Assembly (NCBI GenBank): GCA_963771275.1
Contig: CAVYSW010000003.1
Span: 800,001-864,000 of the forward strand
Length of the DNA: 64,000 nucleotides
DNA from: an uncultured Gemmatimonadales bacterium
GTDB lineage: Bacteria > Gemmatimonadota > Gemmatimonadetes > Gemmatimonadales > GWC2-71-9
Direction of reading: 5' to 3'
The notes under the pieces are model-generated. The model ran no database searches. It had not been told where the DNA came from and saw only the letters and a program-made list of their open reading frames with translations. Positions 1 through 11,700 of the stretch are shown in pieces (within the stretch, counting starts at the first letter, position 1; every line of letters begins with the position of its first letter). The position numbers and the translations under genes were made by a program.

Positions 1-288
1 CAGCCCGAACACGGTGACAGCATCCACGAGAAGCAGCAGCGCGGACATGAAGAACAGCAGCGGAATCCAGTCCCACGCGATCATCTCCAGCGGCCCCGCG
101 ACGATGCCGGCCCCGACGCGGTCCGCCAGCCGCGCGAGGATCACCCCCATCCAGAGCAATACCGCCACGCCGATGAGCAGCCAGCGGGGCACGCAGCGCG
201 CGATGACCGGCACGCCTCCGACGCGCCAAATCACGTAGACGTGGAGCAGGGTCCAGAGTCCGAGAACCAGTGGCAGCGAATGGAACAT
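1..288 (-). CDS. Partial membrane protein (N-terminus), possibly a membrane-anchored metallophosphoesterase
   Basis: Manual translation from ATG 288: MFHSLPLVLGLWTLLHVYVIWR..., three hydrophobic segments, runs off the window edge; family is a guess. Confidence 0.55.
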   Translation of the reverse strand, partial: MFHSLPLVLGLWTLLHVYVIWRVGGVPVIARCVPRWLLIGVAVLLWMGVILARLADRVGAGIVAGPLEMIAWDWIPLLFFMSALLLLVDAVTVFGL

Positions 289-492
289 GCTCGTCTCATC
301 GTCCTCGCCGAATGGACCAGCTGCGCACAATCTCGCCGGGCGCCGCACCTGCTGCCTCAAAGTTGACGCAGCGCACCGCGCGGCGCACGGAGCGCCCGGT
401 TGCACACCGCGGTCACGTGGAGCAGCTTATGCGGCGCCGGCAACCGTGCCGCGTAGAGGCTTCACCTGGAGCGCCCCTCCGAGGAGTGTCCG

Positions 493-3126
493 ATGATCCT
501 GATCGGGAAGCGCCGTCCAAGTCCCGCGCTCGTCCTGCTCGCCCTCGCGATCGGCGGCGTGGCCGTCGGGCCGCGCCCGTCCGTGGCGCAGGGCTCGCAG
601 ATCGCGTCACCCGAGACGTTCTTCGGGTTCCAGATGGGCGCGGACCGCCAGATGGCCCGCTGGGACCGGATGGTCGAGTATTACCAGCTGCTCGAGAAGA
701 CGAGCCCCATGGTCAAGGTCGTGAACATGGGCCCCAGCACCATGGGGAGCCCGTTCCTGCTGGTGATCATCTCGGCGCCCGCCAACATCGCCCGGCTCGA
801 GGAGCTGCGGCAGGTCAACGCCAAGATCAGCGATCCCCGCGGCGTTCCGGAGGCCGAGATCCGCAAGCTCGTGGCACAGGGCCGCGCGGTGATCGTGCAG
901 TCGATGAGCCTCCACGCCACGGAGATCGGCGGCAGCCAGATGGCGCCGGAGCTGGCCTACGACCTGATCACGCGCACCGACGACGAGGCGCAGCGCATCC
1001 TCGACAACGTGATCTTCCTCATGGTGCCGAGCTTCAATCCCGACGGCCAGATCATGGTCACCGACTGGTACCGCAAGACGCTCGGCACGGGCTATGAGGG
1101 CGTGGGCTACCCGTCGCTCTACCACAAGTACGCCGGCCACGACAACAATCGCGACGCGTTCCAGACCAATCTGGTCGAGTCCCAGTACATGGCGAAGATC
1201 ATGTTCCGGGACTGGAAGCCCCAGGCCTACATCGACCATCATCACATGGGGAGCTACGGCGCGCGGATCTACGTGCCCCCCTACGCGGACCCCGTACGCC
1301 CGTTCGCCGACCCGCTGGTGTGGCGCGAAATGAGCTGGTACGGCGCCCACATCGCCTACAAGGAAGAGGAAGATGGCCTGTCGGGCGTGCTCAACGTGGC
1401 GCAGTACTCGGGCTGGGGCCACTTCGGGTTCCACTGGATCACGCCGTTCCACAACATCGCCGGGATGCTCACGGAGTCCGCCAGCGCGCGGCTGGCGACG
1501 CCGCTGTTCATCCACCCCGATCAACTCCGTGGCGGCGCGCGTGGGCTCCCGGCCTACGAGGAGCAGACCACGTTCCCCGACCCGTGGCCCGGCGGCTGGT
1601 GGCGGCTGCGCGACATCGTCGAGCGGCAGAAGACGTCGGCCTGGGCCGCGCTCGACCTGGCCGCCCGGAACCGCGAGACCGTGCTGTGGAACGCGTACCT
1701 CAAGGCCAAGCGGCAGACCGAGCGCGGCGCCGCCGGCAAGCCCGCCGCCTACGTCATTCCGGCGGCGCAGCACGACCCACTCACCGCCGCCAAGCTGGTG
1801 AACCAGCTGCTCGTGCAGGGGGTCGAGGTCCTGCAAGCGCCCCGGGAGTTCACGCACGAAGGAATGGTCTACGGCCCCGGTTCGTTCGTCGTCTCGATGG
1901 CGCAGCCCAAGATGGGCGTGATCCGCTGGCTCCTGGGCCGCACGTTCTATCCCGACAACAGTTTCACGCGCGACGGCGACGGCAACCCGATCCGGCCGTA
2001 CGACATGGCGGCGGACGTGATGGCCGAGTTCATGGGGGTGCGCGTGGATCCGGTGGATGCCGCGGTGCAGGGCGACCTGGTCACCCTGACGGCGTCGCTC
2101 GCGCCCGCGGGCGCCGTGACCAAGGGGCGCACCGGCTATGTGCTGGACGGCCGCCTCAACGACGCGTTTCACGCGGTGAACCTGTTGTTCGACCGGGGCG
2201 TCGCGGTCCGCCGCGTGGACCAGCCGACGGATCCGAGCGTCCGTGCGGGCGACTTTCTCGTGCCCGGCGGCTCGGACGCCGTGATCGCGGACGTCGCGAA
2301 AGCGACGGGGGTGGATTTCGCCGCCTTCGCGGGCGACGCCGCGCGGGGCAGCCATGCGCTCCGACGGCTGCGGCTCGGCATGTATCAGCGCTACTACGGC
2401 GGCAACATCGACGAAGGATGGACCCGCCTGATGCTCGAGCAGTTCGGCTTCCCGTACGCCACGCTGATGGACGCCGACATCAAGGCCGGCAAGCTCGCGG
2501 AGCGGTACGACGTCATCATCCTCCCGGCCGACAACGTGGCGATGCTGACCGGGGAGCGGACGGCGGGCGGGAGCGGCCGTGGCGGTGGGCGGCCGACCGA
2601 GACGTATCCACCCGAGTACCGCAGCGGGTTCGGCCAGGACGGGGTCGAGGCCCTGCGGAGCTTCGTGCAGCAGGGCGGCACGCTGCTCACGTTCGGGGAG
2701 GCGGGCTCGCTCCCGATCGAGCGGTTCGGGCTGCCGCTCCGGAACGCCGTCGCGGACCGGCCGTCCACGGAGTTCTGGTGCCCGGGCTCCACGCTCAGGG
2801 TGCACGTCGCGGACACGAGCCCGCTCGGGTACGGCATGCCGGCCGAGGGCCTCGCGGTGTTTCTCGCCAACAGCCAGGCCTACGAGATCGTCCCCACCGA
2901 CCGGAACGATCGGGTGCAGACGATCGTGACGTTCCCCGAGCGCGATCTCCTGCAGAGCGGCTGGCTGCTCGGGGAACAGGTGATCGCCAAGAAAGCGGCG
3001 ATGGTATCGGTGCAGGTCGAGAAGGGGAGGGTCGTCTTGATCGGCTTCCGGGCACAGCACCGCGATCAGACGCACGGCACCTTCAAGCTGGTGTTCAACG
3101 CGCTGGTGAGCGGACCGGAGACGTAG
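493..3126 (+). CDS. Secreted M14 zinc carboxypeptidase-family protein
   Basis: Signal peptide; HATE zinc motif, NPDG, DNNRD; RBS GAGGAG upstream. Confidence 0.9.
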   Translation: MILIGKRRPSPALVLLALAIGGVAVGPRPSVAQGSQIASPETFFGFQMGADRQMARWDRMVEYYQLLEKTSPMVKVVNMGPSTMGSPFLLVIISAPANIARLEELRQVNAKISDPRGVPEAEIRKLVAQGRAVIVQSMSLHATEIGGSQMAPELAYDLITRTDDEAQRILDNVIFLMVPSFNPDGQIMVTDWYRKTLGTGYEGVGYPSLYHKYAGHDNNRDAFQTNLVESQYMAKIMFRDWKPQAYIDHHHMGSYGARIYVPPYADPVRPFADPLVWREMSWYGAHIAYKEEEDGLSGVLNVAQYSGWGHFGFHWITPFHNIAGMLTESASARLATPLFIHPDQLRGGARGLPAYEEQTTFPDPWPGGWWRLRDIVERQKTSAWAALDLAARNRETVLWNAYLKAKRQTERGAAGKPAAYVIPAAQHDPLTAAKLVNQLLVQGVEVLQAPREFTHEGMVYGPGSFVVSMAQPKMGVIRWLLGRTFYPDNSFTRDGDGNPIRPYDMAADVMAEFMGVRVDPVDAAVQGDLVTLTASLAPAGAVTKGRTGYVLDGRLNDAFHAVNLLFDRGVAVRRVDQPTDPSVRAGDFLVPGGSDAVIADVAKATGVDFAAFAGDAARGSHALRRLRLGMYQRYYGGNIDEGWTRLMLEQFGFPYATLMDADIKAGKLAERYDVIILPADNVAMLTGERTAGGSGRGGGRPTETYPPEYRSGFGQDGVEALRSFVQQGGTLLTFGEAGSLPIERFGLPLRNAVADRPSTEFWCPGSTLRVHVADTSPLGYGMPAEGLAVFLANSQAYEIVPTDRNDRVQTIVTFPERDLLQSGWLLGEQVIAKKAAMVSVQVEKGRVVLIGFRAQHRDQTHGTFKLVFNALVSGPET

Positions 3127-3137
3127 GCGGTCTCCTC

Positions 3138-4078
3138 CTACTCCTCCACGACCTTCGCGAGCAGCCAGCGGCGCGGATCGATCACCACGCGTGTGGGCCT
3201 GGCGGGCGAGTGGAAGTGGAACGTGGCCGTGGCGTCGCTCAGCTGCACGCGTTCGCGTCTGAGCCCCGCAGCCGCCTCGATGCCGATTTCGAGCGGCAGG
3301 TGATAGAGGTGTCCGGTCTGGCGGACCGTCAGCGACACCTGGTACTCCCCGCCGGCCGGCGCGATCGCGGCGTGCCACGCCAGCTCGGGCACGACGCCCC
3401 GGTCGAGCCACTCGTCACGCCACCAGGCGAGGGACTGGCCGGCGCCCTCGGCGAGCGTGGCGACGAACTCGTCGAGCGTGAACCAGCGAAACCGCCAGCG
3501 CTCAAACAGCAGCCGCACCGCCGCGTCGAAGGCGCCGTCCCCCACGGCGAAGCGGAGTAGGTGCATCGTCCATGGCGGCCGGCCGGGTACGACGTTCTCC
3601 CCGAACCCCACGATCCATTGATAGCTCCCCGGCCCCCGGCCGGCGATGCGTCCAGTCGTCGAAATCAGCGAGGTAGAACCGGTCGGACCAGAGCAGAAAC
3701 AGGCTGCTGTCGGCGATCACCGGCCGGGCTTCGCCGTCGCTCTGGCCCGGCGCGCCGGCGAGCGTGAAGACCAGCCGCTCGTCGGCCTCGGCCCGCGCCA
3801 CTTCACCGTGATCGTGCCCGACTCCCGGGTACAGTCGGCGAGGAGAAACGTGAATGCCGCTCCCCGGGAGGGGTTGGCGATCTCGAGGGTCGCCTGACCT
3901 CGAGCCGCCGCGTGCGAATATCCGGCCGGATGATCAGCTCGGTGCGGCGAATGTCGGGTGCCGGCGGCGGGGCCGTGGGCGCGCGGAGGGGGGCGCCCGA
4001 CGGCGGCGGCAGCGCGCAGGCGAGCGCCGCAGCCAGGATTCCGCGTCGTGGGGCGAGTCGATTGCCGAGTGCGGTCAT
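3138..4078 (-). pseudogene. M1 aminopeptidase-like remnant (frameshifted, catalytic core missing)
   Basis: Signal peptide from ATG 4078 and an M1-type C-terminus (LHLLRFAVGD...VVIDP) lie in different frames; no HExxH region. Confidence 0.6.
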
Positions 4079-4337
4079 GCGGACGGTCTCTCTCCGCGCA
4101 GTCGGGCCGCCATTGCTCCCGGGACCCGCCGCATGATCGCCCGGCGGCCGGTTCGGCACCACCCGACTCGGCCGTTGGCCTCCCCCGTTCCCGGCCCACG
4201 CAACGTGACGACCCGATATCTTCCGTCCGCGGCGGTCCGCGAGACGCCGGCCGCCGAAGGTCGTATCCGTGACATTCGCGCATCGGAGGGCGCGGCGCAG
4301 GCCCCGCTCGCCGCGCTCAGTGGGGAGAGCCTCCAGC

Positions 4338-6473
4338 ATGATCACGCACCGCCCCCTGGCGATCGCCCTGACCCTCACGCTGGTCAGCTGCGGTCGCGGC
4401 ACGACCGCGGGCGCCGCCCGCTTCACCAACGACAACCCGTTCGCCACCGCCAGCACGCTGCTCGACCAGGCACCACCGTTCGACCGGATCCACGATGCCG
4501 ACTACCAGCCGGCGCTCGAGGAAGGCATGCGCCGGCAGCTCGCGGAGATCGCCGCGATCACCGCCGACACGGCGGCACCCACGTTCGACAACACCCTCGT
4601 CGCCCTCGAGCGCTCCGGCACGCTGCTCGCGCGCGTTTCGAAGGTGTTCAACGCCGTGACCCAGGCGAACACCGACGATACGCTGCAGCGGGTGCTGACT
4701 GAAGAGGCGCCCAGACTCGCCGCGCATTTCGATGCCATTCACCTCAATGACACCTTGTTCCAGCGCGTTCGGAGCCTGTACGATCGGCGTGCCGACCTCG
4801 GTCTCGACTCGGTCCAGCGATTTCTGGCCGAGCGATACTACCGGGATTTCGTTCGCGCCGGCGCCCTGCTCTCAGACTCCGGAAAGGTGCGCCTGCGCGC
4901 TCTCAACCAGGAGGAGTCGACGCTCACCACCGCGTTCCGCAACCGCCTGCTCGCGGGGACCAGGGCCGCGGCGCTGGTCATCGGGGACTCGACGCAGCTC
5001 GACGGCCTGAGTGACGCCTCGATTGCGGCGGCGGCCGCGGCCGCGCAGCAGCGCGGTCTCGACGGCCAGTGGGTGCTGCCGCTGCAGAACACGACGCAGC
5101 AGCCCGCGCAGGCGGCGCTGCGCGACCGCGCGGTGCGGGAGCGGCTGTTCCGGGCGTCGACGACGCGGGCCGAGCAGGGCGACAGCAACGACACCCGCGC
5201 GATCGTGACGCGGCTCGCGCAGCTGCGGGCCGAGCGCGCCAGGCTGCTCGGCTTTGGCGATTACGCCGCCTACGTCCTCGACGATGAAATGGCGCGGACG
5301 CCGCAGGCGGCGATCACGCTGCTGACCGACCTGGTGCCCGCCGCCGCCGCGAGAGCCCGCAGCGAAGCGGCGAAGATGCAGGCGCTGGTCGACCGGGAGC
5401 ACGGCGGCTTCACGCTCGCGCCCTGGGACTGGCAGTACTACGCGGAGCAGGTGCGCAAAGCCGAGTACGCGCTGGACGACTCGCAGCTCAAGCCCTATTT
5501 CGAGCTCGATCGCGTGTTGCGGGATGGGGTCTTCTTCGCCGCGCAGCAGCTCTACGGCCTGACGTTCCGGGAGCGCAAGGATCTCCCGGTTTACCAGCCG
5601 GATGTCCGGGTCTTCGAGGTGCTGGACGCCGACTCCACCCCGCTGGGCCTGTGGTACTGCGACTACTTCAAGCGCGACAACAAGGGCGGCGGCGCGTGGG
5701 AGGACACGTTCGTCGACGGCAGCGGGCTGATGGGCACCAGGCCCGTCGTCTACAACGTCGCCAACTTCACCAAGCCCGCCGCCGGCCAGCCGGCCCTGCT
5801 GACGCCCGACGACGTCGCGACGATGTTCCACGAGTTCGGGCACGCGCTCCACGCGCTCCTCACGCAAGTCGAGTACCCGCGGCTCGCCGGTACCAACGTG
5901 CCGACCGATTTCGTGGAGCTGCCGTCGCAGCTCAACGAGCACTGGGCGCTCGACGCCGCGGTACTCGCGCACTACGCCAGACACTACCAGACCGGTCAGC
6001 CGATGCCGCAGGCGCTGGTCGACAAGATCCGGAAGGCGCACACCTTCAATCAGGGATTCACCACCACGGAGTACGTCGCCGCCGCGCTGCTCGACATGGC
6101 GTGGCATACCCTCCCGGTGGGGCCGGAGCAGCCCGACGTCGACGCGTTCGAGGCAACGGCGTTGCGGCGCTACCGCGTGGATCTGCCGCTGATCCCGCCG
6201 CGCTACCGCACCACCTACTTCGCGCACATCTGGAGCGGGGGATACGCCGCGACCTACTACGCGTACATCTGGAGCGAGGTGCTGGATGACGACGCGCACG
6301 CCTGGTTCGCCGAGCACGGCGGCATGACCCGGGCCAACGGCCAGCGGTTCCGTGACATGATCCTGTCGCGCGGAGGGACGAGCGACGTCGGCGCGATGTA
6401 CCGCGCGTTCCGTGGACGCGATCCGGTGATCGGACCGCTGCTCGAGGAGCGGGGCCTCACCGGGGGCCGATGA
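4338..6473 (+). CDS. dcp: M3 peptidyl-dipeptidase Dcp-like lipoprotein
   Basis: HEFGH motif, DFVELPSQLNE, PPRYRTTYFAHI; lipobox LVSC. Confidence 0.9.
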   Translation: MITHRPLAIALTLTLVSCGRGTTAGAARFTNDNPFATASTLLDQAPPFDRIHDADYQPALEEGMRRQLAEIAAITADTAAPTFDNTLVALERSGTLLARVSKVFNAVTQANTDDTLQRVLTEEAPRLAAHFDAIHLNDTLFQRVRSLYDRRADLGLDSVQRFLAERYYRDFVRAGALLSDSGKVRLRALNQEESTLTTAFRNRLLAGTRAAALVIGDSTQLDGLSDASIAAAAAAAQQRGLDGQWVLPLQNTTQQPAQAALRDRAVRERLFRASTTRAEQGDSNDTRAIVTRLAQLRAERARLLGFGDYAAYVLDDEMARTPQAAITLLTDLVPAAAARARSEAAKMQALVDREHGGFTLAPWDWQYYAEQVRKAEYALDDSQLKPYFELDRVLRDGVFFAAQQLYGLTFRERKDLPVYQPDVRVFEVLDADSTPLGLWYCDYFKRDNKGGGAWEDTFVDGSGLMGTRPVVYNVANFTKPAAGQPALLTPDDVATMFHEFGHALHALLTQVEYPRLAGTNVPTDFVELPSQLNEHWALDAAVLAHYARHYQTGQPMPQALVDKIRKAHTFNQGFTTTEYVAAALLDMAWHTLPVGPEQPDVDAFEATALRRYRVDLPLIPPRYRTTYFAHIWSGGYAATYYAYIWSEVLDDDAHAWFAEHGGMTRANGQRFRDMILSRGGTSDVGAMYRAFRGRDPVIGPLLEERGLTGGR

Positions 6474-6503
6474 AGGCGCGGCGGTGAGCTCCGGGCGGCT
6501 CCC

Positions 6504-7007
6504 GTGATTAGGTTTGGACATCCACCTCTTCCGGAGCCGGCAGCCACGCCACCCGACGCCGCACCGCCCCCCGGCACACCCGACCGCCCCTCCCGCACCG
6601 CGCCGGAGCGGTTCGAGCTCCCCATCAAGGTGCATGAGGCGGACATCGACCAGCTGGGGCACGTCAACAACGTGGTCTACCTCAAGTGGGTGCAGGACGT
6701 CGCCACGGCGCACTGGCGCGCCGTGGCGACGCGGGAGCAGCAGGCCGCGCTCGCCTGGGTGGTGATCCGGCACGAGATCGACTACTCCAGCGCCGCCCGC
6801 CTGGGGGAGGACATCGTCGCGGAGACCTGGGTGGGCATGGCCAGCCGGCGCACGTTCGAGCGCCACACCGAAATCCGGCGCATGCCGGATCGGAAGCTGC
6901 TCGCGCGCGCCCGCACGCTGTGGTGCCCGATCGACGTCGGCAGCGGCAAGCCCGCCCGCGTCGACGCCGAGGTGCGCGCGCGGTTCTCCGTGGCCTCCAC
7001 CGACTGA
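6504..7007 (+). CDS. Acyl-CoA thioesterase (4HBT family)
   Basis: DIDQLGHVNNVVY motif; start uncertain. Confidence 0.85.
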   Translation: MIRFGHPPLPEPAATPPDAAPPPGTPDRPSRTAPERFELPIKVHEADIDQLGHVNNVVYLKWVQDVATAHWRAVATREQQAALAWVVIRHEIDYSSAARLGEDIVAETWVGMASRRTFERHTEIRRMPDRKLLARARTLWCPIDVGSGKPARVDAEVRARFSVASTD

Positions 7008-7047
7008 GGAGCCGCGCGCCCGTGCGGCCCCGCCGCCGGAAGCCCGA

Positions 7048-8466
7048 CTAGGCCGGCGGCACGTTCTGGTTCAGGCTGAACAGGTTCGTCGGATCGTACG
7101 CCCGCTTGAGCTCGGCCAGCCGCGCATAGTTGCCGCCGTACGCCGCCCGCACCCGTTCCTCGCCCTCGCTCACGAAGTTGACGTACACCCCGCCAGTGGC
7201 GAACGGCGCCGTCCGGTCGGAAAAGTCGCGCGCCCACGCGACACACACCTGATCGCGGCTCTTGTCCTCCCAGCGCGTGTGCACGTTCATCACGAAGTTC
7301 GCGTCACGATGGGGATAGGCCGTCGCGTCCGGCGCCTGCGCATTGATCGCGCCGCCGAGCTGCGCGATGAAGATCTCGCTCTGATTGGACGGCAACCGGC
7401 CCGCGTAGGCGCGGATCGTGTCGAGCGCCCCGTCGGACAGCTCCCGGAAGTTGTGCGACCGCCAGTAGTTTCGGGCGCCCGGGGTGAGCAGCGGATCGAA
7501 CGCCCGCTGCCAGCCGGCATATGGGTGCGGGCCCACCACGTCGGCGATCGGCTTGCCGAACTCGCGCAGCGGCTTGAGCAGCTGCTTCCCCTTGCGCAGC
7601 CCGGCCGTCGTCAGCACGGCGATGATCACGACCTCCGTCCCGTGCACCGCCGGCGGGAGGAACGGGAGCGGCGGCGCCTTGCGCAGCACCGTCAAGCAGG
7701 TGACGTCCTCGGGCGCGCCGGCGACGAACGCGCGGTAGTGCCGCAGCACCCGGTCCGCATCGGCGAACGGATGCACGATCAGTCCCGAGAGCACTTCCGG
7801 GCCCACTTTGTGGAGCCGGAACTCGAATTCGGTCACGATCCCCAGATTCCCGCCCCCGCCGCGCACCCCCCAGAACAGGTCGGCGTTCTGCTTCGCGCTG
7901 GCGGTCACGAGCTCGCCCGCGGCGGTCACGACCGTGGCCGAGAGCAGGTTGTCCACCGTGAGGCCGTATTTCCGGCTGAGCCAGCCGAATCCGCCGCCCA
8001 GCGTCAGGCCGGCGATCCCGGTCGTCGAGTTGATGCCGACCGGGGTCGCGAGCCCGAAGGCCTGGGTCTCGTGATCGAGGTCGGCGAGCGTGGCCCCGGG
8101 CCCCACGCGCGCCGTGCGGCGCCGCGGATCGACCGTGACCCCGCGCAGGCGCGAGAGATCCACCATCAGGCCACCGTCGCTCACCGCATTGCCGGCGATG
8201 TTGTGGCCCGCGCCGCGCACCGACAGCAGCAGGCCCTCCTCGCGCGCCAGGGTGACGCAGCGGATGACGTCGGCGGCTCCGGCGCACCGTGCGATGGCCG
8301 CCGGCCGGCGATCGATCATGGCATTCCAGACGGCGCGCGCCTGGTCGTAGCCGGGATCGTCCCGCAGGAGCAGTTCGCCGCGCAGGCTCTGGCGGAACGA
8401 TGCCAGGGCTTCGGCGGACAGGCTGGTTGTGCCTCCGGCACGGGAGGCGATGGACAGGCTGGGCAT
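7048..8466 (-). CDS. FAD-binding oxidoreductase (BBE-like)
   Basis: RGAGHN FAD site, GGGGNLGIVT, C-terminal YDPTNLF; RBS AAGGAG before ATG 8466. Confidence 0.9.
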   Translation of the reverse strand: MPSLSIASRAGGTTSLSAEALASFRQSLRGELLLRDDPGYDQARAVWNAMIDRRPAAIARCAGAADVIRCVTLAREEGLLLSVRGAGHNIAGNAVSDGGLMVDLSRLRGVTVDPRRRTARVGPGATLADLDHETQAFGLATPVGINSTTGIAGLTLGGGFGWLSRKYGLTVDNLLSATVVTAAGELVTASAKQNADLFWGVRGGGGNLGIVTEFEFRLHKVGPEVLSGLIVHPFADADRVLRHYRAFVAGAPEDVTCLTVLRKAPPLPFLPPAVHGTEVVIIAVLTTAGLRKGKQLLKPLREFGKPIADVVGPHPYAGWQRAFDPLLTPGARNYWRSHNFRELSDGALDTIRAYAGRLPSNQSEIFIAQLGGAINAQAPDATAYPHRDANFVMNVHTRWEDKSRDQVCVAWARDFSDRTAPFATGGVYVNFVSEGEERVRAAYGGNYARLAELKRAYDPTNLFSLNQNVPPA

Positions 8467-8742
8467 CCGGGTCTCCTTGGGGTAGGCGCCGCCCCGCAGC
8501 GGCGCCGCTGGGTTGTGACGTCGAGAATGGCGCTTCGCATCCCCGATGTCAAACGCCGTGTAACCCCCCGCGGAATGCAACGTTCCACCCCCCTCGCGCG
8601 GATTGCATCTGGGAGCCCCGCCTCTGGCCGGAGGGCGTCCCGGACTTCACAATTCCAAGGCTGCACCAGTTGCCTTCGACCCCGCGGCGACTCGCTCGCC
8701 ATTGGGGGAGCGCGCCAACCTGCCAGCGCTGAAGGAGTCGCC

Positions 8743-11700
8743 ATGCTCGCTCGCCGTCGCCGTTCGAATTTCGCCACGCTCGCCGTGGCGTTGCTGCTCT
8801 CGCTCACTGCGACGCCCGGCGTCGCGCAGGCGCCCAAGCCGATCAAGTTCGCGCGGTATGCCCATGTGGCGAACGACGGGCGGATCGCCTTTTCCTACCA
8901 GGACGACATCTGGGTGGCGGACTCGACCGGGGCGAACGCGCATCGGCTCACGGCCAACATCGGCCGCGACTACGCGCCGCGCTTCTCGCCGGATGGCCGG
9001 TGGATCGCGTTCACCAGCAACCGCACGGGCAACGACGACGTGTTCGTGATCCCGGCTGCGGGGGGCGAGCCGCGCCAGCTCACGTGGTACTCGGGCCCCG
9101 ACCAGGCGCTGTACTGGAACCCGGACGGCAAGGCGATCGTGATCACCACCAACCGCAGCCCCGAGCCGTGGGGCTCCCCGCTGTACCTGCTGCCGCTCGA
9201 CGGCGGGCCGCCCGTGGCGATCGCCATGGCGAACGCCCGCGCGGGGATGCTGCGGCAGGACGGCCAGATGGTCGCGTTCAACCGCACCCTGCCCTCTACC
9301 TGGCGCAAGGAGTACCGCGGCAACAACAGCGGCGACATCTCGGTGCTCGATCTCAAGACCGGCGTGGCCGCGGAGATCACCGACACGAGCCTTCAGGCGT
9401 TCCGCACCCACGTGAACGACGTCTACCCGATGTGGGGCGCGGATGGCATGATCTACTTCGCCTCGGAGCGGAGCGGGACGTTCAACCTCTGGCGCGTCGC
9501 GGCGGCGGGCGGCACCCCGCAGCAGGTGACGTCCCACACGACGGGCGGCGTGTTCTTCCCGGCGATCTCGCCCGACGGGCGGCGCATCGTCTACCAGAAC
9601 GACTTCGACCTGTGGTCGATGGACGTGCCGGGCGGGAAAGCGCGCAAGCTCGCCATCACGCTGGCGTTCGATCCCAAGGAGTACGACGTCGAGGTCCTCC
9701 AGGCGGGCAACCGCGCCGAGGGCTTCGCGGTGGCGCCCGACGGAAACCACCTCGCCGTCGACGTGCACGGCGAGATCGTGGTCGTCCCCACCGAGGACGG
9801 GGTCGGCGAGAAGACGCAGGTCACCGCCTCGCCGTGGCGGGACCGCAACGAGATCTACGCCCCCGACGGCAAGCGGATCGCCTACACCTCGGACGAGAGC
9901 GGCGACGAAGAGGTCTGGGTGTTCGAGATCGCAACCGGGGCGCGCCGCCGCCTGACGCAGCAGGCGTCGCAGAAGACGGACATCACGTGGGCGCCGAATT
10001 CCCAGAAGCTCGCGTACGTGGGCGACAACCGGATCTACGAGGTGGACGCGACGGGCGGGAGTCCGCGCGAGGTTGCGTACAACGCGGCGGGCGGCTACAC
10101 CCTGCACCAGTACTCGTCCGACGGGAACTGGCTGCTGTACGGCCGGCGGGACGCGGACCAGAACGCGGACGTCTACCTGTACGACCTCCGCGCGCGGGCC
10201 GAGTACGACATGACGCCCAATCCGTTCAACGAGGGGAACGCGGCGCTGACGCCGGACGGCAAGACGCTGGTGTTCACGTCCAACCGGGACGGCGCGACGA
10301 GCCAGTTGTTCGCGGTGTCGCTCGCGCGGCTGACGGAGGATCCCAACGACCCACTGGTACGCGAGCGGCAGCGGCCGGCGCGGCCACGGGGCGGCGCCGG
10401 GCGCGGGGCGGCGGCCGGCGCGCCGGACCGGGCCGACGAGCAGGCGGGCGCCGCGGCGGCGCTCCAGGTGGACACGGCGGAGATCGACGCGCGGGCGGTA
10501 CAGCTCACCCGCGGTGCTCCGGGCACGTCCAGCTTCTTCCTGTCGCGCGACGGGCGCACCGTCTACTTCGCGGTGGGCGGGGGCTTCGGGGGCCGCGGCG
10601 GGTTCGGCCGCCCGGGCGCCGCGCCCGCAGCCGAGGGCCAGGCCGGCCTGTTCTCGGTCGGCATCGACGGCCGGGACCGGCGCCGCGTCGCGGAGGGCAC
10701 GTTCGCCGGGATGACGCCCACGGCGGATCGCCAGACCATTTTCTTCCGCGCGGCGTCGCGCCCGGCGGGCGGCGGCGAGGAGCAGCAGGGCCCGGGCGGC
10801 ATGCGGGGATTCGAGATCCAGCGCCTCGCCGTGGGCGGCGCCACCGCGCGTCCCGAGGCCGTGCGCTTCGACTTCGCCGTGCGGGTCGATCGACAGGCGG
10901 AGTGGAGACAGATCTTCGACGAGGCCTGGCGCGTGATGAAGTACCGGTTCTACGACGCCGACATGCACAAGCACGACTGGAAGGCGATCCGGGCGAAGTA
11001 CGAGCCCCTGCTGGCCGACGTCGGCAGCAACGAGGACGTGTACGATCTGGCGAACGCGATGATCGGCGAGATCAACGCGTCGCACACCGGCGTGAGCGGG
11101 CCGGCAACCCGCACCATGCCGCGCGTCTACACGACCCGGTACCTCGGCTTCGAGCTGGAGCCCGCGAACGGGCGGTATCGCGTGTCGCACGTCTACCGTG
11201 ACGGCCCGGCCGACAAGGAGTGGATCGACCTCGTGGTGGGCGACTACGTGCTGGCGATCGACGGCCAGGACGTGAAGGCCGGCGACAACTACTGGAGGAT
11301 CCTGAGCACCACCCTGAACGACTACATCCCGGTCAAGGTGGCGAAGACGCCGGACGGCGCGAACGCCAAGGTGCTCCGCATCGCGACCGTCGCGTCGCTC
11401 ATGGACATCAAGTACCAGGAATGGGTGGCGCACAACCGCGACATCGTGGACAAGGCGACCAACGGCCAGATCGCCTACGTCCACATCCGCGCGATGAACC
11501 AGCCGTCGCTCACCCAGTTCCAGGACGAGATCGACCGCTACTGGAACAAGCAGGGGATCATCATCGATATCCGGTTCAACGGCGGCGGCAACATCGACCA
11601 GGAGCTGCTCGACATCCTCGAGCGGCGGCCGTACGAATACTGGAACAACCGCTACGGCGTGCCGAGCTGGGGCCGCCGGCCCCGGCAGGCCATCGTCGGG

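Noticed and set aside
7279..8742. N-terminal extension of the 1597-aa ORF
   Set aside because: Antisense shadow of the FAD oxidoreductase; the real start with RBS and signal peptide is at 8743.
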